Origin: Tricharina praecox
Lineage: Eukaryota
Length of the DNA: 64,000 nucleotides
Direction of reading: 5' to 3'
Assembly (NCBI RefSeq): GCF_024521635.1
Contig: NW_026250427.1
Coordinates: 496,001 to 560,000 of the forward strand
Each line of letters opens with the position of its first letter. The first letter of the stretch is position 1. Below the pieces are notes generated by a model. It saw only the letters and a list, made by a program, of their open reading frames with translations. It was not told the origin of the DNA and searched no databases. Positions 38,456 through 49,962 of the stretch are shown here, in pieces. A program made the translations under genes and the position numbers.

Positions 38456-40272
38456 ATGGCGACCATGGTACGACCCATCCTCCTCCTCCATCTCCTCCTC
38501 CTCCTCTACCTCGATCCATCGTTCGATCGCGATCCACTCGTCCCCCCACCCAGCGCTGTGTTTTATTACTATGCGATCCGATCTGGCAGCAAGATGTTGG
38601 ATGGCATGCTAAGTTTTCGTGTAGGATTTGAGGGTCGGTAACAAGTACAGAATCGGCAGGAAGATTGGCAGTGGCAGTTTCGGCGACATCTACCTTGGTG
38701 AGCGAGCATAAGGGTCCCGTATTCGGTGGGCCATCAACTAACGGAGGACGTACAGGCACAAATATCATCTCCGGCGAGGAGATCGCTATCAAGCTCGAGT
38801 CTGTCAAGGCGAAGCACCCGCAACTGGAATATGAAGCCAGGGTGTACAAGTCGCTCGCCGGTGGTGTCGGTATCCCGTTCGTCCGTTGGTTCGGAACCGA
38901 ATGCGACTACAACGCCATGGTCCTCGACTTGCTCGGACCCAGTTTGGAGGATCTGTTCAACTTTTGCAACAGAAAGTTCTCCTTGAAGACCGTGCTGCTG
39001 TTGGCCGATCAGCTGGTATGTACCGAGAGCAGGTGGCTGTGGGAAGCGCGGCGAAGAGATGGGACTCCTATGGAGTCGGAGCATTACCTGCCCTTCCTAC
39101 CATACGCCGCTACAACCCTCTCCATCCCACACAGATAGCTCACTGACGGAATGCTCAGATCTCGCGTATCGAGTACATCCACGCCAAGTCCTTCATCCAC
39201 CGTGACATCAAGCCCGACAACTTCCTCATGGGCATCGGAAAGCGCGGCAACCAGGTCAATGTTATCGATTTCGGCCTGGCCAAGAAGTACCGCGACCCGA
39301 AGACCCACTTCCACATTCCGTACAGAGAGAACAAGAACTTGACCGGAACTGCGCGTTATGCTTCCATCAACACCCATCTGGGAGTCGGTACGTCTGATAA
39401 GGTTGCCCTTGCCTTCGTCCAAACCTAATGCTGTGTGTAGAGCAATCCCGTCGTGACGACATGGAGTCTCTTGGATACGTGATGCTCTACTTCTGCCGCG
39501 GCTCTCTCCCCTGGCAGGGACTGAAGGCTGCTACCAAGAAGCAGAAGTACGATAGAATCATGGAGAAGAAGATGACGACCCCTACCGAGGTTCTCTGCCG
39601 TGGATTTCCCAACGAGTTTGCGATCTACCTCAACTACACCCGTTCTCTCCGCTTCGACGACAAGCCCGACTACTCTTACCTCCGCAAGATCTTCAGGGAT
39701 CTCTTTGTCCGTGAGGGCTTCCAGTACGACTACGTCTTTGACTGGACCGTCTACAAATACGTAAGTTGACCCAGAGGCTCCCCTTTATTTATTTTTGCAG
39801 CCAAGTGTTGACGTCCCCTGACCTTTTAGCAGCAGAAGAACGCCCAAGCCATCGCGCAGGCCGCTGGCCAGCAAGGCGGTGCTGGCGGTGCTGGCGAGGA
39901 CGAAGATAAGGAGCACAAGCAGCAGCAGCGTAGGGCCCCTATCGGCCCTAGCGGACACCCTCCCCAGCAGGCCAACAAGCCCGGCGTCGTCGGTGGCACC
40001 AGGAGAAAAGTTGGTGAGCGCGGTGGAATGGGTGCCGATGCTACTCAGGGCATGAGCGGATCCGACCGGATGTAAGTCAAGCTTATTTCCGAGGTTTCTG
40101 GGGGAGACTCAGTCTGACCTGGTGCGTTTTTAGGCTTCGTTCCGCCTCGAAGGGTGCTCAGGCCGGTCAGGCTGGTTTCGGTGGCATGGCCAGCGGTGCT
40201 AATGGTGGCGGATATCGCAGTGGCCAGAAACGCGACGACCCACCCGCTACCGGCGGCCAACAGTGGTACTGA
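38456..40272 (+). CDS. HRR25: Casein kinase I, Hrr25/Hhp1/CK-1a type
   Basis: [89 protein letters not shown]; six canonical introns. Confidence 0.97.
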
Positions 40273-42084
40273 CTGAGCGATTCCGCGGTCGATTCTGCCA
40301 AAGGCTGGTGGAATACTTTTTCGAAGCTGTAAATGGATCCGGCGAGCATCTGAGTAGTCATCACCAAGGGCAGTTTCCTAAATTGCTATTTCCTATCCGG
40401 GAGGGAGTTTGTTGTCAAGAAGAGGAGCGCTACTACCATTGGTTTTTCCTATGTCATCCCTTATTGCGTTGTGTGCGTTGATGCCGTTGGCTTTTGCGGT
40501 TCCCCGTCGTGTGGAGGTTTCCTTTGACTGTTTTGCTTTGTTTTCTTCTGCGTTTTGTTTTCATTCTATCCTAATGGGTCCGACCGGGAGCGAATTGGAT
40601 GTCTGGCACGGGACTGCTGGCTTTCCGACAACTTTCGACGACCACACGGACGGACAACCTCTTTTTTTTCGATTTACGGCGGTTACGGTCACCCTGTCTG
40701 CAACCTTCGATAATTCTTTGCACGGTAACCTCACCTTCCGCTTACGAAAAAAAAAAAAAAACATGTCTTCGATTGGGATGGAACAAAATATGCTTTTTCT
40801 GGATCTCTCAACGACCGAGAGAGGATATACGCCCTTCTCTTACTTTCTTAGAGTTGCGTTGCGCTTTACTGGACGGGGTACTCCCGGACGGCTCTTTCGG
40901 GGGATATGATGGGGAACTGCACCAGGGACGGCTTGTTTTTTCTGTGCTTTGCGTTTTGCTTTCCGGTTCTTACGGCACACACAATAAGGGATCCGACATG
41001 GGTTTCTTTTCATTTTCTTCTTTCACTTCTTGCTTTTCTCTTTGACCATTGGTAGATGGTACTCTGTCTGATTCTCTACTTCCTGTCAACTCCTTACTGG
41101 TTTCATTACCCTTGTGAACTTTACTATGTAGCAGCGCTCTTCGGGGTTCCCGAAGAGTTGTCTTTCCAGATGGCTTGCGGCTTTCATTGATTTTCATTTG
41201 TACTCTCTCTTTTTTTGCTTGCCTCTTTTATCCTATTAAACTCTACTCTGCTCTTTTGTTTTACTTGTGTGTTTTTTGCTTGCTTTCATCGGTTCGATGA
41301 ACGATTCCGCGTGCGTCGTGAGTCCTTTCGTTTAGGTATTGTTGTTTCCTGTGTTGATGGTTTTTTCGTTGTCGTTCGTCGTTCGTCGTTCGTTTTGTCC
41401 AAGTGTTTCCATGCTGTGCTGTGCTGTCCTTGCCGTTTGATGGGATCGCTATGGATGGATGGATGGATGGGGATGATGGGGGTGCGGAGGGTGCGGAGGG
41501 TGCGGAGGGTAGATGTGAATGGTTGGCGAGTGGAGAGTGAGTGGAGAGTGAAGTGGAGAGTGAGTGAGAGTGAGTGAGAGAGGGTGTGCAGGTGAGGGGA
41601 GGGGATGAGCTCAAGGCGTGTGGGGTGTGGGGCTTTCTACGCGGAAAAAAACGATTGGATTGAGCGGTATTGATGCTCTTATCTATACTGTTCTGGTCTG
41701 CTTAGTAGTTTCTAGTAGGAGGGCTTGCGTTACTCTAGTTAGTAGTTGCCTTGAGGGATATGATAAACTTGTTGAGAAACTTGGGAAGCTTTTATGATGT
41801 GAGACTCGTGCATGGAGAATGGTTCGCTGTGAGAGCTATTAAATAATTGTGTAGGCCGCTGACACGTGCGTGGTGAGGTGAGGTGATGTGTGGTTTACCC
41901 GGCGCTAGGTTAGCGGTAGCGGTAGCTCGGTGCACTTGGGGCACAGCTGGCGGGTAGGTGGGGAGCTGCTAGTTAGTGGGGACGATCACGACGTCAACGA
42001 TATCCGCATAGGCACACGCTCACGTTCAGTTCCAGTTCCAGTTCCAGCTCCACACACGAACTCGGAGCAGCATCAGCTATAGCT

Positions 42085-45000
42085 ATGTCATTCGCAGCAG
42101 CTCCGCCGCGGTTAACCACGACATTCGAAGACGTCGAAGACGTCGAGGAGCAGGAGCGGGACCACGACCGGGAGCACGACGACGACGAGCCCTTCGCCGT
42201 TCCGTACCTCGTGGAGGAGCCTCAGTATGTACTCTACACCTCTACACCTATGTAGGTCAGGTGGGGGGGGATGGGGGTGAAGAAGGGAGCTGCGCTGATC
42301 CTGACGCCCGAAAGATCGTTCAAGCGCCGCCGGCGCGAGGAGCCGCGGTACTCCCTCTTCAGCAGCAGTTCGGTCGGGCACGGCGGTGTGGGCGGTAGCG
42401 GTAGAGGCAGCACGGACCACGGCCACAACCTCCTGCGCGAGCGGCACAGCAGTTCACTAGACCTTCCTGACCTTCCGGGCGACTACGATGACGACGGCTC
42501 CTCCTCCTCGCTCTCAGCCGGTGGAGGTGGTGGCGGCATCGGCGGGACAGCAGACCACGCGCTCACGACCCGGCGGATCTACGACGACCTCACAGCAATC
42601 GACTGGATATTCGAGTACACGCGTGAGCGGTCACGTCTGCGGGCGCTGCACTCTGGCACAGGGGTATTCGGGCACTTCGCTCGCGTCTTCGACGCGAGCC
42701 AGATCTGGCTCGTGTTAATCGGCACCGGGATCGCGGCGGGACTCGTCGCCGCCGCGATCGATATTGTTGCGAATTGGCTCGGTGGGTTGAAGGAGGGGTA
42801 TTGTACGAGCAGCTTTTATCTAAGTAAGGAGTTTTGCTGTTGGGGGCTGGAGGAAAGGGATGGGGAGGAGGCGTGTAAAGATTGGGCGTGGTGGAGTCAG
42901 GCCGTGGGCGTTAGGGGGGGCGGCGGGAAGTATGCCGTCGAGTATCTGCTGTATATCGGGTTCTCGGTGAGTTGGCTGGATAGATGGATAGGCACCCCTG
43001 TGAGGAGGCAGTATGCTAACGGGTACGGGGAATACAGATCGTGTTCGCCACCAGCGCCAGTCTCCTAGTCAAGAACTTTGCGCCGTACGCACGGCACAGC
43101 GGTATTCCGGAGATCAAGACTTTGCTGGGCGGATTCGTGATCCGGCGGTTTCTGGGCGGGTGGACGCTGGCGATCAAGTCGATCGGGCTGGTATGTTTTT
43201 TTGGGCGGACTCGTCGTTTTTTTTCGGTTGGATTTCTCCCAGTTAATCAGTTCTCTGGATACAACATAGTGCCTGGCTGAGTCTTCCGGGCTGTGGTTAG
43301 GGAAGGAGGGTCCACTGGTCCATGTGGCTTGCTGTTGCGCAAATATCATGATGAAGCCGTTCGGTGCGCTGAGGAAGAATGAAGGTACTACCACCCGCCG
43401 CCGCCGTAAACATGAAGATTCGTCGGCGAAAGTTAAGCTCACACGTTTCTGCTTGCAGCCCGCAAACGAGAAGTGCTCTCTGCCGCCGCCGCCGCGGGAA
43501 TATCCGTGGCCTTCGGCTCGCCCATCGGCGGCGTGCTCTTCAGTCTCGAACAGCTGTCGTATTACTTTCCCGACAAGACAATGTGGCAGTCGTTTGTCTG
43601 CGCCATGGTCGCCGCGGTCACGTTGCAGTTCATGAATCCGTTTCGGACGGGGAAGTTGGTGCTGTATCAGGTCAAGTATACCAGGGGATGGCATGACTTT
43701 GAGATGATACCCTTTGCGCTCCTAGGTATTCTAGGCGGCCTGTATGGTGCTTTCTTCATCAAGCTGAATATGAAGGTTGCGGCTTGGAGGAAAAACTCCA
43801 TCGTCAAGAAGTTTCCCGTCACGGAGGTTCTGGTTGTCACTGTCGTCACGGCTCTGGTCAATTATCCAATCGTGTTTATGAGGTTCGTCAACAGCTTGCG
43901 ATTATATATCCGATCCGCTAACGTCCTGCGTAGACCTCAGTCCTCCGAGCTGGTGGCAAACCTGTTCCAGGAGTGCTCTCCTCAGGGCGAGGACTTCTTC
44001 GGCCTGTGTCATCATACTCACTCCAAGCCGATAGTCCTCCTGCTCCTGTCGTCGATCCTGGGCGCACTCCTAGCTTCGGCCACGTTCGGCCTCCAGATAC
44101 CGGCGGGTATCATCCTACCGTCTATGGCAATCGGCGCACTCTACGGCCGTGCGATGGGCCTGGTGGTGCAGTCCTGGCAGCACACATATCCCAATGCCTG
44201 GTTCTTCGCCTCCTGCGAACCCGACATCGAATGTGTTACGCCTGGCACATTCGCCATCATCGGGGCCGCCTCCGCGCTCGGCGGCGTGACCCGCATGACG
44301 GTGTCGATCGTAGTCATCACCTTCGAGCTCACAGGGGCGCTCACCTACGTACTCCCGATCATGGTCGCGGTGATGATCTCCAAGTGGGTTGGCGACGCCT
44401 TCGGCAAGCGGGGGATCTACGAGTCCTGGATCCGCTTCAAAGACTACCCATTCCTCGACAACCGCGACGACCCCGTGCCGGACGTGCCCGTGGTCGAGAT
44501 CATGACGCGGATCGAGGACCTAGTCGTGATCACCGAGACGGGGCACACCGTCGGCAGCCTCGTCGACATCCTGCGGTCACAGCCATACAAGGGCTTTCCC
44601 GTCGTGTCCGACGTGCGCGACGCCTCCCTCGTCGGCTACATCTCCCGCTCGGAGCTGCGCTTCGCGCTCGACCAGGCGCGCCACGTCCGCGGCCTCCCGG
44701 AATCCGCCGAATGCATATTTTCCGGCGCTGCCACTGCCGGCGCCGACGCCGGCGCCTGTGGCCGCACGGTCGATATGAGGCCGTGGATGGACCAGACGCC
44801 GATCACGCTGCCCTCCAGCAGCAGCCTCTCCCTCGCCGCCAACCTCTTCCAGAAGCTCGGGCTGCGATACGTACTCTTTGCCAACCATGGCGCGCTCCAG
44901 GGCCTGCTGACGAAGAAAGACGTGTTCTTTGTTATGAACTCGAGTGAGGAGGGCGTTAGTGGTATGCGTGGTGGCAGGCTGGAGACGAGGAGCGGTGGTG

Positions 45001-45107
45001 GTGGCGAGGGACGACGCTTGCTCGCTGATGATGGAAGCGAGGTTACGAGTCTTGAGGAGGAGCTCGAGGCGGGTGCGGGCAGGGGGAATTTGCTCGGGAG
45101 TATGTAG
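42085..45107 (+). CDS. CLC voltage-gated chloride channel / Cl-/H+ antiporter (Gef1-like) with CBS domains
   Basis: [52 protein letters not shown] motifs; several introns, including an in-frame 51-nt intron 43883-43933. Confidence 0.93.
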
Positions 45108-45183
45108 GCTGCGGAGATGGGGGTCTAATGGCATTGGTGTTGTTTGCTATGATCTGCGAGAGACGGAGCTCTGTGATTGAATG

Positions 45184-45643
45184 TTCACGGCTATGGTCTG
45201 GGCTGCTGTCCTAACTGCCACCTTATTCTGGGGTACCAGTGAGTTTAGCTCCACACAGCTGAACTTAAAGCGCCTCTGTCACGCACATGGAAGCGACGTA
45301 TTGCGTGAAAGGCACAGCATTCGACACCATCACGATCGGCATATGTACCTAGGTAGAGCACAAACACTCTTTCAGCAGCCACATAATGTTACGGCTCAGT
45401 AATTGCATATTCACGGCCATGATCCGGGCTACTGTCCTAACTACCACCATAATTTGGGAAACCAGAGTTAAGCTCCGTACGGCTGAACTTGAAAGCGCCT
45501 CTGCCATACCTAGGTGCACGTGGAAGCTACGTGTTGAGTGAGAAGTACAGCTTTGGCACCATCACGATGGGGCACATGTAGGTAGAGCACGAACATTCTG
45601 TCAGAGTCTCAGCAGGCATAGGTAGAATATCACGATCCAATTA
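45184..45643 (+). repeat. Diverged tandem duplication, about 226-bp unit x2
   Basis: 45184-45408 vs 45410-45643 share CTGTCCTAACT, GCTGAACTT(G)AAAGCGCCTCTG, CACCATCACGAT, TAGGTAGAGCAC. Confidence 0.85.
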
Positions 45644-46531
45644 CCCAGTAACCACGACCGAAGCGAGCGACGAGTTCACACAGGCGACCTTCTGAGAAAT
45701 GCCCGCGAAGCCAGCCTGCCAACCAGCCGTCAGCACGCCCAAGCTCACAGGGAAGCCGCGCAGTCTCGCGGGGAAGCAGGTTTCGCCGTCAAACCAACCG
45801 TGTTACTACTAGTATAGGCGCCATCGTCAACAGATAGATTACAAAGCCATTCTCACAGCCAAAGCCATCCTCAACAGCTAACGCCATCCTCAGCCGCCCC
45901 GGAGTGCAGCGGCACGATAAAACTTGAAGTCGCACGGGCTGAAACGTCGACCGCAACAGGAACCCAGCCCAGCGGAAGCAGCCGTATCCGCCCAGCTCCG
46001 TACCGTTATACAAGTCACCAGTAGCTTGGACCCCGGCGTCTCATGATACGGAACTTGGAAGGGAGGATGCTTGCGGATCTTTTTGTGCGCCGGTGGGTAG
46101 TGGGCGAGTCGCACACGAGTAGAGTAGGTAGATCCGCACTGAAGCAACGCTGGAAACCGTGCATAGCGATGGGTCCTCTGAGAGGTCCGTATCAAGATAC
46201 TTGGAGACCACCGTGCCGGTGCTCCGCGAGTGGAAGAGGCGATGGAGGTGGTGAGTGGTGGCGGTGGCGGCGTAAATCGCAGTGAAGTTTCGTCGCACTC
46301 GGCGGTGGTGGCGGTGGATGGGCAGCTTGGCTTCGCGGTGATGACGATGGTAAATGGTTGAGGTTGTAGCGGTTAGCGGACATGCTCGAATCTTGATTCT
46401 TGGATCTGCGGCTCTCGTACGATGCATCAAGACTCACTCTTTGTCTGGGTGAGTGATCGTGGCGGTGGCGTGTGTGTGCAGTGTGTGTAGCGTGTGTGAG
46501 TAGCCAGCGTGTGTGAGTAGCTAGAGTAGGT

Positions 46532-46539
46532 TGTGACTG
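46532..46539. promoter_or_regulatory. Homol-D box (TGTGACTG = reverse complement of CAGTCACA)
   Basis: Exact octamer about 225 nt upstream of a ribosomal protein ATG. Confidence 0.6.
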
Positions 46540-46764
46540 CGAAATCCCTCAAGCCCTGAGGTTACCCCCGTTTACTAAGCAAAGTCGCACCCACAAACCA
46601 GCGCTTTTCGAAGTTTTCCTTGGCAAACGACATCTCTCCCGCCAGCAGCCACACCCCACCCCGACCACTCGATCGAACGACTGAACGACCGACCGAACGA
46701 ACGACAAACGAATTCCCACACCCAGCAAAACCAATCTTTCAACACTTCAAGTTAATCCTTCAAG

Positions 46765-47367
46765 ATGGTGAGTAGAGATGTTTTTTTTTCGCTGTTTGCT
46801 TTCGCGAGGTTGGGGGACTGGGAGGGGATGGGGGCTGTGGGAGGGGAGGGTGGCGATTTGCGGCTACGAACACGACGAATGGATCCCACGCACGCGACAC
46901 AGCAACGACTACGATGAGATATCTGCGATGCATATCACGCCGACGACGACGAGCGATCGAACGATGCGAACAGGCGACATGAGGGGAATCAGTGGGACGG
47001 GATGGGAGCGATGGCGGACATCAATGAGAAGCTGTAGCAGCTCGCTAACGTCGTATTTCTGCACAGGTTTTGGCCGAGGATCTCCTTAACCCTTCTGCTG
47101 CCGCTGAGGCCCGCAAGCACAAGCTCAAGGTTCGTTCGACATGTGTCCATTTCCACCGCGATCACGAGCACTGACCGTTGCTAGACTCTTGTCCCGGCTC
47201 CCCGATCGTTCTTCATGGACGTGAAGTGCCCCGGTTGCTTCAACATCACCACGGTCTTCTCGCACGCGCAGACGGTCGTCATCTGTGGATCTTGCGCCAC
47301 CGTACTCTGCCAGCCCACTGGTGGAAAGGCCCGTCTCACCGAGGGATGCTCTTTCAGGAAGAAGTAG
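46765..47367 (+). CDS. RPS27: 40S ribosomal protein S27 (eS27)
   Basis: Exons 46765-46767 (ATG), 47067-47129 ([21 protein letters not shown]) and 47185-47367 ([60 protein letters not shown]). Confidence 0.97.
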
Positions 47368-49962
47368 ATGTAGCGGGCGAGCGGGGTGGTCTCTTTTCCT
47401 TGCGCGTTCTCTCTACACGGGTTGGGGGGGATGTTGTCTGAGGGATAGGGAAATAATCATTGCCAACTCCAAGAAGAAGTGCCTCGTATAATCCCGACGT
47501 GCTTTTTCCGACGTTGTGTTTTACTTCTCTTTCCTTGCTTTCTTCTGGTTTATGGGTGTTCTCGGGGCTTGTTCTGTTTCTTTCATGGCATATGAAATGA
47601 ATCTAAAAAAACGGGGTGTTGTCATAGACGATGGGCCGGAACCTTGCTATTGCGAGACTTGCTGCCATCGAATAGTAGAGCTCGAGCTGTTGAGACCACT
47701 TACAGTGCGGATGTGAGATGGTCAGCTGTTTTCGTGGGTTATACATACTACGATGCAGCAGCCGTCGCGTCGACTGTGGTATGATTGTTGTGTCTCGACA
47801 GCCGCTCTCCTCTGGTTCTATCCCATAGGTTCGCGTGCTCTACTTTCACATGTGGATCCGAGCTTAATCCATCTGCTTCCGTCCACATCGACACGGTGTG
47901 TCTGGTGAGGGTTCCGGACCATCCGGCGACCCCGGGCAGAATATCGCTGCGTGTAGTTAGAGTATATACATAGAGCAATCATTCTACTCGTGTAATCCTT
48001 TCACTCGTGATCATGCATAGCCTGGGTTAACCTTTGCATCTCGTTTCCTGCCAACTTCATGTACATAGCGAAATCCAATAGTTTGCAGGTACCCTAAGAC
48101 TTTATCTAGTCGACGCGTCGAAAACTGAAATCTGGAGGCATCAAACGAGTCACGACTCACGACTGCTGAGGGCTGACTGGAGGTGTTACGTCCGGCCTGG
48201 CCGGAAAGCATCTACTACATACCGGTACATACGGTACCTTTATAGTACGGTATAGTACGGTAGAGTACCTACCCCATCCGCCAGCGTCCGCAATGCACGT
48301 GCGTCGACCCGCCAGGTACCGAGAATCGGAGGAGCCGAGTGCAGGAAACTTTTGCAGCTCTGCTTTGCTCCGCAACATCTTGAAAGTTGAAACGCGTGCT
48401 GCTGGGGAGGCCGCAATGTGCCGTGCCATCGTACCATACCGTGGATACGCTCGGAGAATTCGAGGAATCGAGATTCAAGGCCGATCACGATATCGCAGTG
48501 TCTCAGTGTAGAGTAGAGTATCAGTGTCTCAGCCCACGAACGAGCAACGAGAAACACGCCCGCTTGCATTCCGGGAGGCGAGGACGAGGTGGCCGGTGTG
48601 GAATGCGGAATGCGGTCCATACATTCTACAATACACAGCCACTGGAATGCGCACCGCCTCCCCTCCGTCCTTCTGCACGCAGATACGGTCGAGCGAGCGT
48701 TGTGGCGTTTCAACGTCCAAGACCTCTCCATACATGGGAGAATCAGGTTGATTGTTCCTCTAGAGTACCCACTCTACATACGGTACTCTACTTAGAGCAC
48801 CTATCCTACCGCCTCACTACCGCGCAGACTTCCCGAACGAATGAAGGGAGTCGGGACGGGTTACTCATGCAGATTCTGGATCTTGGATTTCGGGTTTTGT
48901 CTCGCTCGACGCTTTCGGAGCTATTTTGGATTCCCTGCACGATGCCGTCATCCGCAAGACACCCAAGAAACACCAAGACACACACGCTCTCGCGCTCTTC
49001 TTCTAGCGCTGTCTCGTGCGTTGTATGGCAGTCTTGTCGGCTGGTGTTAATCTGGCGGGGGAGGGGGAGTATGTGCTTGTTGTTGTTGTGGTGGTGGTGG
49101 TGGAGGTGGAGGTATGCATAATCTTCTGCCGTTTCGAACAGATGGCGGGAGCACTCTGGGCAGATTTTAGGATCGCGGAGGGGGAGGGAGGGAGGGGAGG
49201 CGGATAAAGTTGTGTACTTTGCATACAGTACCAATGCCTCTAGGATCATGGATCGGTTTCACGCGGAAGGAGTTGTATCGTATCGTATCACGGGCGGAGT
49301 GCAGATTTCGAGTCGAGACTGAGGACTGTGCCCCCTCCGTCAAAGGATGTGTGTGAGTGGTGTGTGGTGTGTGGTGAATTGCGGCGTGCGGCGTACGGCG
49401 TGCCTGAAACGAAATCGAAAACGGCAGTGATTAGTGGGGAGGGACGGGGGAGTGTGGGACTGGGGGTGGTGGAACTGGTGGAACTACACTCCGACATCGC
49501 TGGCTGGGCTGGCTGGGCTGGCTGGGTTTGCTGGGTTTGCTGGGCTGATCTACACGAGAAAGATCACCTCCCTTATCGGGGGTTGATATGCTGGCAGGGG
49601 TGGCATGCGAGAAAGAAGAAGAGCTGAGCGAGAAGAGCGAGCAGAAGCAGCAGCAATGCAGCATGTCATCTTAAACACTTTATGAAGGCCGACACTCACT
49701 TGCTTGACTTGGCTGACTGCACTCGTCCGTCCCTCCGCCGGGCTATATCACTGTCCCACCTCCCCTTGCTCCTCTTCCCTTCTTCCTTCCTTCTTCTTCA
49801 TACTTCCTTCGCTCCTCCTCCCCTCCGCAAATCAATCGTTTTCTCTTGCTCTCTGTCCCCCATCTCCTTGCCAGTCATTCGTTTTGCTGGCTCGTCTTCT
49901 GTTTGAATAATACAGCCCGCGCTACCTAATCTCTAAATCCGAATCCCCAGACGTCGATCGTG

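Noticed and set aside
46768..47066. Intronic snoRNA in the long RPS27 intron
   Set aside because: No box C (RUGAUGA) / box D pair with terminal stem, and no clear H/ACA layout
48387..49121. 244-aa ORF upstream of the GH72 gene, and similar long ORFs at 31880-32758 and 57054-57827
   Set aside because: Low-complexity translations with no recognisable domain; consistent with chance ORFs in GC-rich intergenic DNA
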